From Paraphysomonas bandaiensis (Eukaryota > Protista > Chrysophyceae): a stretch of 49,472 bases of DNA. The notes beneath the pieces were generated by a model, which did not search any database, had not been told where the DNA came from, and saw nothing but the letters and a program-made list of their open reading frames with translations. How positions within the stretch are numbered: position 1 is the first letter of the stretch; each line of letters opens with the position of its first letter. The position numbers were made by a program, and so were the translations under genes. Positions 34,401-45,647 of this stretch are shown in pieces. Location: the NCBI GenBank assembly GCA_965644295.1, contig CBFFRP010000393.1, forward strand, positions 1 through 49,472. Direction: 5' to 3'.

Positions 34401-37400
34401 CCCTGTGAAGAAGATTTTACGTGGAAGGTGGCGGAACTAAAGTATGCGAAGATTCTGGGGCCGTCGGACCTTCAGCTTGGCAACGAGTATGCATTGTTTA
34501 TTGCGAGTCGAAAGCAAGTTTTCCCTTTCTTTCTTGCTGGAATTAATCTGGCATCACAGGAGTATGTTTTCCAGTCACTTGATCCCAAGGTGGACGACGT
34601 ACTGTGTACAGCAACCACACTGCCTTTCGTGTACGCTAAAGGCACTAAGGCGCACTCGTTGTGTACGTCAATTGTCGTCGAATGCGTTATTCAGGACCAC
34701 GGTGGATACTCTCAGGAGGAACTTCCATTCTCGGAGGTGGAGAGCCAGCCTTTCGTAATTGATATTGGTCACTGTCACGTTGCGGAAGCCATTGGAAAGC
34801 CTCATGGCAGTCAGGTTCACTTTCAAGCTACTACTCTTGAACCATATGGGGTGTGCTGCTTGTCCGGGTTAAAGGTGTCTATGGGAATGCATAACTTTGG
34901 CACCCGTCGATGGAAAGTAGGAATTGTTGATGACATACGTAGTCACACTGACCAGAACACTCGTGTTATTGGTGATTTTACGAAGACTGTCAACGCCAGC
35001 ATTATTGCAGAGAATATGCACAAGTATTTGGTTGAAGACATGAACTGGAAGTTACACTTTGAGAAAGTAGTGGGAGATCTCGGATACAGCGATGATTTGG
35101 GATCCATTTGGACGCTGATGTGTGCTCATACTAAGGTGTATAGGGATATGGCTCCTTTCAAGCGATCCCATCTCCAAACACGCTTTTTCGAGACCGGTGA
35201 TAACTATTACCTAGGAATGGAGTTTACCCGTGAGTATGACAAATGGAAGCAAGCAACAGTTGCGTCATTGACTGCCAATATTTCTGCTTCTTCGGATGCA
35301 GAAAAGAAACAGCTGCGCATGTTGCGAGGAGCACTGACACATAATATTGATCGACTTTGGTATGACTCAGCCTTGGAAACTATCAGATCTGGTGATGTAT
35401 ACAACCCGGGAGGGCAGAGCAAAGTTCCAAGACTTTATGTAATTGATTCTCTGATCGACGTTGAGCTTCAAACCCTAGATATCGGTGAAAGCTTTAGGCT
35501 AGTGGCAGAACCCGCCAAACGATACGAAGTTCTGGTTAAAAAGCTAGGAAGTATCATTGTACGCGACGTTGAGGGCTTTATCTCCACGCTGAGTCCTTCA
35601 ACTAAGGTTAGATTAGGTGGTAACTTGACTAGGTCTCCGGACGGCACGGAAGAGTCTAAAGTTTCGATTGCAACTTTTCCCGTTGCGCACTATGTCAATT
35701 ACCGCACCATGAGGCTTAGCAACGCCAAGCGTGGCTACGTGTTCGCCTTTCTTGGTGATGAACAAGCCACTCCACACTTTATGAGGTACAGTGGACTTAC
35801 TGGTGCAGCCATCAATGCCATGCTGTTGGACAATTTTATTGGTGATGCTTTTGTTGGAATACCTTTCATAGACCGGTTCAGAAATTACTCTGCCGAAACG
35901 AATTGGTCAAACGGGGAAGTTGTACAGAGAGGAACTGGCGCCAATTATGGCGAGGATGGTTTCCTAGCTCCATCCTTTAAGTATGAGAAAGGGCTCGAGT
36001 ATCTATATTCAAAGGTCATGGAATACCGTGAATGTAAAGAGGATATGGAGTTTTTCCTCACTAGGGATTGGAGGATTAAGTTCGCAGCAGCCTTGGTTCC
36101 ACGTGGAATGGAATTTAACGAGGACTATATCAACGCTATGACTGGAAAAGTTAAAGATCTTATATTTGATCAGCTTGTTACTAACTCGAAGTCGGATATT
36201 GGCCAAGATGTTGCTGATATTGAAACTATATTACGTGATCGGTTGGAAGAAATGAAAGAGTGCGACGAAGGTGATACTGAAGATTACTGGGAGGAATTTG
36301 TTGAAGGCCTAAAGCTGGATAGCGACACCAAGAAAAAGTTGCAAGATACTCATGTGTTCATGGCCATGCATCTCGAAAATGCCCTGAATAATATTGTCAA
36401 AATGGCTGCCGATCAGTACGAAACTAACGAGCGCATATCATCACAATTGTATAACCAGCCGAAATCTGCTGATTCTATTATTGATGATTTTGCCGTAGAA
36501 GCGCAGACGTTCATTGTGAGCTTAAGTCAGATTGGAACATTATCTGCTATTGGTCTTGCTTTGCAATTCATCACCACAATTGGAAGTGCTGTGATATCGG
36601 TTATCGGTATTTGGTTTGCTATTGGTTCAATCACCAACGCTTCCAGGTATAAGAATCGTAACGAGTATTTCCGTGAGAAATTTTGTGATGAGCGGTTGAT
36701 TCATGTGATCAAGGCAATTTATTCTTGCATGACCACAGCTGATCGTGAGAGTATCCCTAAAGAAAAAAACCCTTTTGTCGCGATCTTGGAGCAGCAGAAA
36801 ACTACATTTGTGGAAAATGTCAAGTATTATGATTTTCCTAAACCAACTGACTTCTTGAGCGCATACAATGCACTTCTCCAGAGACTTCATGATCCCGAGG
36901 CAATCTCTGTGTTTTTGAAAGAATTGGCGTCCAAATTCATGGCCGATACCTATCACTCCAACATTTACTTGAAGCGCGACCTTGTGGAAATTTATGCCAC
37001 CGTAGATGAAATGCTTCATGTTGAATCGAGAAATGTGAAGCTTTCTTACCAGGTGTCTGTATCGGTGGTTGCGCTTTTTGAGCGACTATGGCTATTTGTG
37101 CCTCGGTTGGATTCATCTCTTCAGCGTGGATCTATATTCTTCGGTGCGTTTAAGAAAAGAGGTTTTAAGCACAGTCATGTCGCAGATCTATTCCACTACG
37201 TCTGGGCGCAAATATGGTGCCCTAAAACTAAAGAGGCTGGGTGCTGCATTCTTCCACGAACAGTAGAAGAGTCAAAAGCTGCGGCGTCTTCTGTGGTGAA
37301 GCCTGTTGCGGTTGAAACTTGGGAACTAACTTCGCAAATGAAGTCTCTCTCATCTGTGTTGCCTTCGTCGTCTCTGCATCGCGAGGTGTTGGATATGCAA

Positions 37401-38252
37401 AGCGTTTATTATGCAACCAAGGAGAGTTACGTCAGCAGCTTCATTATTCTGGCCGGTTGGCTTTCATTCATCACCAGCATTGTGTTTTCCGTTGGTAACA
37501 TCGGATTAGCTGCGAATTCGAATGCGTTGTGGGCATCTCGACTAGTCTTGGGTGGTTCGTTTTCGTTTGGTATTGTGACTCCCCTCAGTGCTGCGCTCGC
37601 ATTTTTCTACTTACTGAGAAAACTGCGACATATATTTTCTTGTGATTGGGCATTGGGTAAACGAATGTCTTCTACTCTTGACAAGGTTGCACACGATCGT
37701 CTGAGAAGTATTCGCAAGGTTGTTAAAACACAGGAGATTGTAAGCATTGTGCGTACTATCGCCATTGGTGCCGCTGCAGTCTCGCTTCCCTGGTCACTTG
37801 CCGCTGCAAGAGGGTTATATCCTAATCGCTCGATCCCTCTGTATGTTGCACTCGGAGCGGTTGCACTGCAGGGGGTTGCACTGATAATGATCTTTATGGT
37901 GGAGTACTGTATTCTTTTTAATTTGGATCCAAAGCTCGGCGAGTACATATGTGTTGCCTTTGATGATGAACTGAGGGAGATCAAGGATGACATGACTGTC
38001 CGCAAGAACAAGATTCTTACTGATCAAGTACAGGAACGTGCAACTTGGGAGTATGTGGCTCGTTTATTTTTGCACCGCTACCGTTTTGACACAATATTTG
38101 CTGCTGATCGATTTGGTTCGATTCTACAGTACATCCAGAGCGGTTTACAGCTCCGAGAGGATGTAAAGGTCCCCACTGATGACGACAGCAATGACGGTGA
38201 CGATGATGAGGATGATGAGGACGACGAGGACGATGAAGACGCATTTGAATAA
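31401..38252 (+). CDS. Giant uncharacterised membrane protein with a MICAL-like FAD-dependent monooxygenase domain
   Basis: 2283-aa intronless ORF. Rossmann IVIGGGPTG...LYESRD, RSQIVRL, ITIKDME, FLGDEQATPHFMRYSGLTGA, about 6 hydrophobic helices in the last 600 aa, acidic C-tail. Confidence 0.8.
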   Translation: MELPPIMESGTRPMISTQLKSSNKILGPSYEWSPMPGGSKQASTRRGFSVRNRNPSTTHFTEIASPTPAPVRSPQKSSRFANQKSARIASQQSAKLGIQQSVRPTTEADSRRLGKRVSTHFGFSQRLAKSSASFREYTFVDTHTNTTFKSSNLLLDPVRFRRVDADGTLMSTGGVMVRGESVSRLMAEDETSIRDLRYYREVEVLGYVWRWVLKYLMLLTKDEVNALRFTRGLQLSLPFLYGYESYLMSEVIGAFEKRDSYTLAYALSLAFKNRNVSRVLVQQMMRYDIFWHQDTQFKWNRLFDAFGNVPVLGMFTSFPSTENFPDTRSHTIAAVFRVVLGKGFWWTRVLTGRQEIVTDNENAIAQNLAAESNGFETANRNQHGTFLGREKTNAFRLHHRLPTDESIVRTFIVQPLSTILNNGVEHVLRQVARHFHNMLYQDFGNFAHQRMEQLNPFEFLRFHMPVIMVALTTLRGLTTWDSQVLAPFVSRLQLIGNIADVEDVRAIVKQMQEDIVLNLCGGIASRVDIMRSLVNAIDSSLTYIQSEAAEVNDIVESVEAGLDLGMKLITGVKWTVPSDSVLSAAVVAVCRNKHTDGVCPHAVRRALNLLAPKDKRTLIQLCSAGHEGTHPAKLLVARTVTLLQRELRRAVWDEKLLELSVGEETKKYTPLSVYWLEDKERSAVYVYEGKKPGSNEHKFTHRASGHVRWVTPGENVTVYEYVECAETITRAQHAFMTIELENGKKFTYDAFMEFTQLREPLRKLIVLSQIHCEALDDARLNVLQSFQRGAQTEMNVHAMVPGETYYVYKNKQYEPFTPTKPYSAGDPEFEEIKGLPLFTVPPQSMIVIGGGPTGLLTTMHCLENVLQTSGTMRLYESRDAFAKAGATFERSQIVRLDSRWIAMLRYHLGTVFEDEFIPASGETDPHYGNTLPSQGFIEITIKDMEAIMNLQVAKLLSRGLLRHDTSSGAQYDHKKNKLIKLGKALKKDDLILRKFNPAGQPCEEDFTWKVAELKYAKILGPSDLQLGNEYALFIASRKQVFPFFLAGINLASQEYVFQSLDPKVDDVLCTATTLPFVYAKGTKAHSLCTSIVVECVIQDHGGYSQEELPFSEVESQPFVIDIGHCHVAEAIGKPHGSQVHFQATTLEPYGVCCLSGLKVSMGMHNFGTRRWKVGIVDDIRSHTDQNTRVIGDFTKTVNASIIAENMHKYLVEDMNWKLHFEKVVGDLGYSDDLGSIWTLMCAHTKVYRDMAPFKRSHLQTRFFETGDNYYLGMEFTREYDKWKQATVASLTANISASSDAEKKQLRMLRGALTHNIDRLWYDSALETIRSGDVYNPGGQSKVPRLYVIDSLIDVELQTLDIGESFRLVAEPAKRYEVLVKKLGSIIVRDVEGFISTLSPSTKVRLGGNLTRSPDGTEESKVSIATFPVAHYVNYRTMRLSNAKRGYVFAFLGDEQATPHFMRYSGLTGAAINAMLLDNFIGDAFVGIPFIDRFRNYSAETNWSNGEVVQRGTGANYGEDGFLAPSFKYEKGLEYLYSKVMEYRECKEDMEFFLTRDWRIKFAAALVPRGMEFNEDYINAMTGKVKDLIFDQLVTNSKSDIGQDVADIETILRDRLEEMKECDEGDTEDYWEEFVEGLKLDSDTKKKLQDTHVFMAMHLENALNNIVKMAADQYETNERISSQLYNQPKSADSIIDDFAVEAQTFIVSLSQIGTLSAIGLALQFITTIGSAVISVIGIWFAIGSITNASRYKNRNEYFREKFCDERLIHVIKAIYSCMTTADRESIPKEKNPFVAILEQQKTTFVENVKYYDFPKPTDFLSAYNALLQRLHDPEAISVFLKELASKFMADTYHSNIYLKRDLVEIYATVDEMLHVESRNVKLSYQVSVSVVALFERLWLFVPRLDSSLQRGSIFFGAFKKRGFKHSHVADLFHYVWAQIWCPKTKEAGCCILPRTVEESKAAASSVVKPVAVETWELTSQMKSLSSVLPSSSLHREVLDMQSVYYATKESYVSSFIILAGWLSFITSIVFSVGNIGLAANSNALWASRLVLGGSFSFGIVTPLSAALAFFYLLRKLRHIFSCDWALGKRMSSTLDKVAHDRLRSIRKVVKTQEIVSIVRTIAIGAAAVSLPWSLAAARGLYPNRSIPLYVALGAVALQGVALIMIFMVEYCILFNLDPKLGEYICVAFDDELREIKDDMTVRKNKILTDQVQERATWEYVARLFLHRYRFDTIFAADRFGSILQYIQSGLQLREDVKVPTDDDSNDGDDDEDDEDDEDDEDAFE

Positions 38253-38837
38253 GTGGCATGGTTGAATTATGACAAGCAATACTTTTATGTTTTGAAACTC
38301 TTTGCCTTCGTTCACTGGCTTAAATGTATGAGTTTTCAATTTATCGATAACATGAAAGTAATTAATATTCGCGAATTGGTTCTTAAATTTTGATGTAGCG
38401 GGTCTCCAGCTTACAACATAGTTATAGTGTTGATCGTAACTGCATTATTTTAATATATAACGTACAACTAATTGACTATTGTTTATCTAGGTCGAATTTT
38501 TTTGTTGGTTAGTCACATTAGAGCATTGGATGGTACATGTGTAAACGAACCACTATCTTCTCTTTTCTCTTAATAGTATGAAACTTCTCTTCTTTATAGC
38601 AGGGCTAGGAAACAATATATTGAATTGCAATATATTGTAAAGTATATTGACTGGTCGACCGGCCAAAACTCCCATCAGTATTGTTTATGTTAAAGTAGCT
38701 CACAATATAGTATGATATATCATACGTACAACCTACAAGGCATACATTTACATTTTATTCCCATTTTTTCTAAAAATGTATATTTGACTAGCATTTAGTT
38801 ACAAGACGCTGTTATTAATACTTCGAAAGTATAGATA

Positions 38838-39292
38838 TATTGAAAGTCTTATTATTTAGCAATAGGTGTTAAAAACTTGTACCAGATATCCAATAGACTA
38901 TAGACCTTTTCCCTTGCTAACTTACTAACACCTAGATCGTTGAAGGAAAGTTAAGCTGTCTAACTAGATATTTGATAATTATCATTATAAACAATTTTAG
39001 GAAAAAAGTGAAAGCAGATCATTTAACACTTGGTTATATCCTTCGTGTGATGTAGAAAATCATTATGATGTCAGTGCAAGCAATATATCATGATGTAACA
39101 ACAAATTACTAGAGAGTTGACATGTGCCACATCTAATGCTAAAAGTGATTTTTTGAAGTAGTGGCACTCTGCTTTTCTGGGTTTGGGTCTCATCCTGCCT
39201 CTTATCATTCTATACACACAGCGTTCGTTTAGTTCATTACTATTTCCTTAGTTTAGCAATATATATAATATGTTGAAAGCGGACTTTCAACA
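38838..39292 (+). mobile_element. Probable solo LTR of a related copia subfamily (455 bp)
   Basis: Starts TATTGAAAGTCTTATTATTTAGCAATAGG like the other LTRs and ends in the inverted GACTTTCAACA. Length close to the 447-bp LTR. No TSD. Confidence 0.55.
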
Positions 39293-40248
39293 CGAGGAGG
39301 GGGCTTCTTCACACCCTTGAAAAATGAAGTGGCCTCCGCATGTGTAGAAATAAACAGCAGGTATCTGTTTAGATTTTTTTAATCGCGTGACCATTCATCA
39401 AGGTCCCGATAATGTAGCCTGCACAACGTATCGAGAGGTAATATGGCCGATACGGACAACTTAGGCCACGACACATATCTACTATATGATACCTAGACTC
39501 ATTCTCGAGAGGTGAGGTGTAAAGTATCTTTAGAGCTATCTTCACAAGTAAGGAAGAACGTAGAGGATGAAGACAGAAATAAAATCTTTTCGCAAACAAT
39601 ATATATAGTGTGACTATGAATGCAACCACTTTTTCTCTGTCACTCAAAGCAAACGAAGTGAGCAAGCAGAGTGTTGGTATATATGACATCTTCTGACTTC
39701 AGGAATTTTGAGTCCTTAAGGTGAACAGCCAGGATGCTTGACTTCAGCAGGCAGCCCAATTCCCCGGATTCTCTCAAGTTGAGGTGGACCCATTCTCGGA
39801 TGCCTGTTTATTCGTCGAGACCCAAAGACGTCTACTACACAAGTAACACTCATATTAGTGTCCCTTGTGTACCACACAAACGTTTGGCTGTGAGTGGGCA
39901 GCGAACAATATCTGTGTACTATATGCGGCTCACGTTAGTTTCTTGGAGAAATATATCCGGTACTTATACTTAATACTTATCCCCCAGAACAACACGAAAA
40001 GGTGCGAGTCCGACGTTGTTGAGGGTAGTAAGTGTTGTTGATATGTCCAATTCTAAAACTTAAGCATATATGACCACACTAGAAACTCAAAACTTAAGTG
40101 AAAAGGAGAATGCCAAGCTCGTGCAATACCCCGGAGGAATAGGAATTGTTTCAACTAGTGTCCTTACAATTACTGAAGTAAGGTTAACACCAGCTTGACC
40201 TTCACGACGTTTGTACATTGTTTGACGAACTCTTCATAATGCACCCGA

Positions 40249-40600
40249 TTGTTGGTGTTGCTTTCGAAAAGGCAATGTGGCAACGAAGTCGTAACTCGGA
40301 CGGTAAAGGATCAAACTAAAATATTTTTGCTCGATGAGGGAGTAGAAGTTTATGATGGTGCGAGTCTAGTTCCGAATGACGACGCAACGCAACGTTTGAT
40401 TGATGGTAGCAGGCAGCAGAAGCGAGCAAGATTTAACCAGAGAACTCGTTACTGCAGCATGAAACACTTACATGCCACAACCAATAAGGTTGAAAGGTTG
40501 TTCAGTAGAGCTACGATTGTTATGACGGGCTTGCGCAAGAGCTTGACTCCTCAATATTAAGAGCTAATTATGTTTTTACGCATGAATCGTCTCCTCTGAA
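40249..40600 (+). pseudogene. hAT transposase dimerisation-domain remnant
   Basis: ATTNKVERLFSRATIVMTGLRKSLTPQY*ELIMFLRMN fits the hAT C-terminal ERxFS...R..L...E...FL..N pattern, with in-frame stops. Confidence 0.7.
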
Positions 40601-41002
40601 ATGACAGTAGAGGTAGCTATATTGACAGCTAGTGCATTTTAGTACTAAATAATTGCAGTTAACTGCAATAATTGAAATTGAGACAGCAAGTAATAATTGC
40701 AATTGTAGTTGACTACAACCTGCGTCAATTAATTGATACGCAGCCCTGGTTAAGTCTGCATATAAGATATTTTGAATGGAACGTAGCTGGAAAAAAGGAA
40801 AATATTAGAAATATTATTGAACCTAGTCACACACACTGATATAAAAACCTAGTAATAAATTGTACTCACATATAACTACACATTAAAAAGCATTTTTTTT
40901 TAAAAGCCACAGCTAATGGAGAGTAGAAATAATTTTTCGTATTAAAATTAATTTACAAAATCACAACCTTATATACAAGCAGGCCCACTCTTCTCTAAAT
41001 AT

Positions 41003-42188
41003 TTAACTATTCTCTCCCAATATATCCGTAGACATCACCTCAGCAGAGGTTGGTTTGTCTTGGATCACGGCCGCTATCCTGTCTACTGCTGATTTGACCA
41101 TGGAGCTTGGGGCACCGCCGGAGTGGTACAACACCAGACCACTGGCCGCAAGAGCAAAAGCCAAATAATATAGCCAATGCACGGCATTTCCAAATACTAA
41201 ATACGCTATAGCTACTGCGTACGCATCTGAGGTTAGGAGGGATAAATTGAACAATGCAGCATCGTTAGCCTTTAGAAAGACAGAAGTATTGCAGTACATG
41301 AGGAAAAGGCACACTACGAATCCTGCGGAGAATGAAACAGACTCGTAGCCCCAGTACACAGAAGTTATCTTTTTCAACTCGAAGGCTGCCATCTGAACAC
41401 CAGATATGAGCGCTCCATTTAACCCAAGCATTCCGAGAAATTCTATACGGTTATGACTCTTCACGAGAGTTTCCTGCAGAACGTTGGATGCAGCATATAG
41501 ACAAGCGCCAATCTAAAGAGAGTGATTGATGAGATGAGCATATATAATGTAAAATTAAACCCACCAGACATAGCACATCTCCTTTAAGAGGCTGGCTGGC
41601 AGCAGAGTCAGAATTTGACAGCGTATCTGAGTACACTACACAGCCCAACCCAAGAAGACATATGACCACACCACCCAGATGATAGCGATTATATGTTGCT
41701 CCTAAAAATACAACCGACAGTAACATCACGCAAGGTATTGTAAAGCAGTCTAGCAACATTATAGAAGTAACAGATGTGTAATTGTAAGCTGATATAATCA
41801 GAACATTGGCTTCCACGTCGAGAAGTGCAGCCACAAAATACACCCAAAACGGCCACTGCAATCTAATACCACAAGACCACCATTTCTCTACACACATATC
41901 AATCTCACGATTATATAACAACCTCACAATATGTAGTGATAGAAAGAAATAATTAAAGAAACTGAGCATCATCGGACAGTTTGCTTGTTTAGATGCTAAT
42001 AATGATGCAAAGAGTGCCGTTCCAGATATTAATAATGATATATATTGTCCATGTAGTAATGGTGTGATTCTTTGTATCCATTTCATATGACAGATTCCCT
42101 CTTTATCGATAGTAGCAGGAGGTCTATTAAGATTCTGTGTGTTGTCTTCATCAGATATTAACTCGTAGTTGTTCATGACAGCTGACAT
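41003..42188 (-). CDS. SLC35F: SLC35F-family (F1/F2-like) DMT transporter, 2 exons
   Basis: GQYISLLISGT, LLDVEANVLIISAYNYTSVTSIMLLDCFTIP, GDVLCL, NVLQE, EFLGMLGLNG, FNLSLLTSD. Intron ~41514-41563. Start uncertain (42209/42188/42176). Confidence 0.9.
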
Positions 42189-42367
42189 GGGAAGTTCATT
42201 CAAGAACATATTAAGAATATGAGATGCATATGATGTATATGTATAGATGAATAGATTGGGATTAGATGGATTGGTGTATGTATATGTATGCACCTTAATG
42301 GGGTTTATAGATGTACTGCTCTATCATAGTGTTGTACATACATACATACATGCATGCATAGTACATG

Positions 42368-42428
42368 CATACATACATACATACATACATACATACATAC
42401 ATACATACATACATACATACATACATAC
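42368..42428. repeat. (CATA)n microsatellite, about 15 units
   Basis: Read directly. Confidence 0.97.
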
Positions 42429-42928
42429 ACGCCTACTGCTACATAGATTGAATTTTATTGGTTCTCAATGACTGTATGTCTGTATGGAGATGTACTGCTG
42501 TAGACATACTGTGTGTACCGATGTACATAGAAATATCTGTTTGGTGTATTGTCTCTGCTCCACAAAGAATTCATACCACTGTATACCAATAGAAATACAT
42601 ACCCCGTATATATATAAGAATACAGTGTGTAACTCCCTTTGTATGATACATACGTACAGCAGTATACCGCACACTGGAATGTCGTCTCCACACACATATA
42701 CATGTACAGACACCACTATATATACATACATACATATGTACCAGTAGCCCTCTATTAAACCATTATTAACACAAACTATTGTGTTCGGTATCACATTTTC
42801 TCTTCATTACATGTCTGTGATACCACTATCTAGCCCATATTATAGCTAGATATCATTCCAATCCAAAGTTTGCTGGATTTATCTCACTATACCTACATAC
42901 ATACATATATACATACAATGCTGTCATA

Positions 42929-44729
42929 ATGTCTGGTTGTTTTGCTGAACGCATCGAAATACTTCCTGGTAAGAATAAGATGATCATTACAACCTCATTA
43001 ATTAATGCTTGTTTATGAATAGGCCAATTATATTTTTGTTGCAAAGATGATAATAAGGCTCTGGAAACCTCACAGAAGTACATATACTTTTCAACTGATA
43101 ACACCCTGCAATACACTGCATTCTTCGCTGACTTTGGACCATTGAATATTGGACTTACGTATAACTTTTGTGAACAGCTTGACACACTACTGACTCAATC
43201 AAGTGTCGAGAGAAAACCAGTAATATACTACTCATCAACACACCCTCACAAACGGGCAAATGCAGCCGTATTGCTATGTGCCTACTTGGTATGTGGCTAC
43301 ATATAGAAAGAAAGATTGTGTTAACACCTTATGATGGTGCAGATTTTTGTAAAAGAATTAACAGTGGAGCAGGCATATGCCCCTTTTATTGGTACCATGT
43401 GCTTTATCCCTTCCTCACTCTAGATAACTCTTTTCTGCAGGAATCACACCGATGCTGACAACGTTTAGGGATGCTGCTTTCTGTATCAACACTTACCCGG
43501 TTACTGTACTTGACTGTACTCGCGCCTTTTATCGAGCTCATTGTCTGAAACATTTCGTATACTCAACGTTTGATGTTCACAAACATGACCATCTCGCTAA
43601 ACTAGAGAATGGAGATGTTTCGTGGATAATTCCTGGAAAGTTCGTCGCCTTTAGTGGTCCTACCAGCGCCCCCCGTGAACTTTCCCCTGGAGTCTTTGCA
43701 TTGTCTCCGGAAGGTTATGTTCCTCTATTCAAGAGTCTTGGTGTTACTTGTATTGTCCGGTTCAACAAGAAATGTTACGACAGGAATATATTCGTACGGG
43801 CTGGAATTCGTCATGTAGATCTCTACTACGAGGACGGAGGCAACCCTTCTGATTCTATTCTTCAGGTAGCGTTCCATAAACATGTGCATTTCATTTTATT
43901 GAATTCCCTACTGCAGGCGTTTCTTACCACGTGCGAAAAGGAGAAAGGTGCTATTGCAGTACACTGTAAAGCAGGTCTTGGACGAACTGGAACCAATATC
44001 GCAGCCTACATGATGAAGCACTATGGCTACAGTGCAAGAGAAAGCACAGCCTGGTGTCGGGTATGTCGCCCTGGTTCTGTGGTTGGCCCACAGCAACAGT
44101 ATTTGGAGACAATTCAAGAACGTATGTGGGAAGAGGGACGTATATACAGAAATGAAGCCCGCGGGACAAAGGGTGATAACGGAAGTGCACTACCCTCCAC
44201 TGGGAAGACATCCCAGACACATATTAGGAGAAAGTCTAGTGGAAGTGCGCGCTCATCTGCGGAGACCGTTGAGAGTTCTCTGACGGCCCGACTTCTACGA
44301 AATCATCAGCGGCAAGCGCATCGCACGAATGACGGCGAATCAGCTGTGCGAGCGACAGCATCAGGGCGGGCGCGATCAGAAGATTTCCTGAAGCGGCCAA
44401 ACACGTCAGGCGGGGCAAGTGGTGATATCAGTAACAGCAGAAATTCTGGCGGAGAACATGCCCGACAGAAATTAGTTGTGGAAGAGCGACCTAAGACCTC
44501 TTCTCGAGCTGCAAGTGGTAAGATATCCACGGAGTCCTCTTCACATCTGCCGTCAGCGAGTAACGGTAGTCGCGATAAGAAGTCTTCCACCACTGGAGGT
44601 CTATGGGCATCCAGAACGCATTCCCCCAGCGGAATCAAGGCCAACAGTACGAGCTTGAGTCGAAGGAATATTGTGCGTAAAAATAGTTCATCCGGTAGTG
44701 CTAAACGACCAGCAAATAAATATGTTTGA
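42929..44729 (+). CDS. CDC14: Dual-specificity phosphatase CDC14, multi-exon
   Basis: A-domain FFADFGPLN, KRANAAVL, FRDAA; ENGDVSWIIPGKF; catalytic VHCKAGLGRTG; RPGSVVGPQQ. Confidence 0.95.
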
Positions 44730-45647
44730 ATTTTTAGCTGGCAAGTTGTTTCTATTCCCTTGAAGTTGTGGTGTATGTGGGATGTATAGTGTGTAATGCG
44801 GAAGTTGAAGCTAAATCAAAAATGTGTTGTTAACAGTTGCATAATAAAGAAGTGATCTTAGTAGTAGTAAACAATGTTGTGATTATTAGAGTGTAAAAGT
44901 GATGAACACAGTAAAGTAAGAAATTATGAATAACAATATAAAACATAACTATCATACACAACTGAATAGTTGTAGCTGATAATGACGATCGTTATGATGA
45001 CGATCATGTATCTTCCATAGATACTCTCTCTAACTCAGTTATGATATATTTCATTGAATATTATAACTCACAGATAAGCTGAATTATAATATGCATTCGG
45101 GCACATAAAAATTTAGAGTTTTCAGTTTATGTTAAGCTATTTTTGTAAAGTTGCTTGCATTGCCGGGATGCAGGTATATTATATCGTGTAGCTATGACAA
45201 CTAGCAGCATCAAGCATCAGGCCTATGCACTATGCACATCCCTTAAGCGGAAAAACTGAACTTAATATTAGAATTGAGGTGGTCATTTTGCTGTGAATAC
45301 TGTGTACATAATAAACATTCAGCATAATGCATATCACGATATCGCCAGCATCACTACACCTTTCAAATAGCAGTATTATTAACTGTATACTATTGTCCTT
45401 CATAGAAAATAAAAAATACATCACTATCTTTGAATACTATGTGTATTCCAACTGTACTACGAAGGGATAATATAATATATACTACTGTAAACAAAATACA
45501 AAAAAGATACTTGATTGACTTCGTTTGAGGCGTATTAGAATCAGAAAAAGAAAACGTTTATAATTCTTCTTTTGTCTCTGCGAAATGACTGTAATAAACC
45601 ACAAAACCGTGGTAAAATTATGTTACGTAACACAAGTACGACTAACG

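Larger units (their letters stand above)
38600..40748 (+). mobile_element. Degenerate hAT DNA transposon region
   Basis: CAGGGCT at 38600 and AGCCCTG at 40748 with CAAT(A/T)ATTG-type subterminal motifs and a transposase C-terminal remnant. Flanking 8-mers do not match, so the two ends may belong to different copies. Confidence 0.5.

Noticed and set aside
42247-42794. Short ORFs with HTYI/YVCM repeats
   Set aside because: Translation of the (CATA)n microsatellite and low-complexity spacer.
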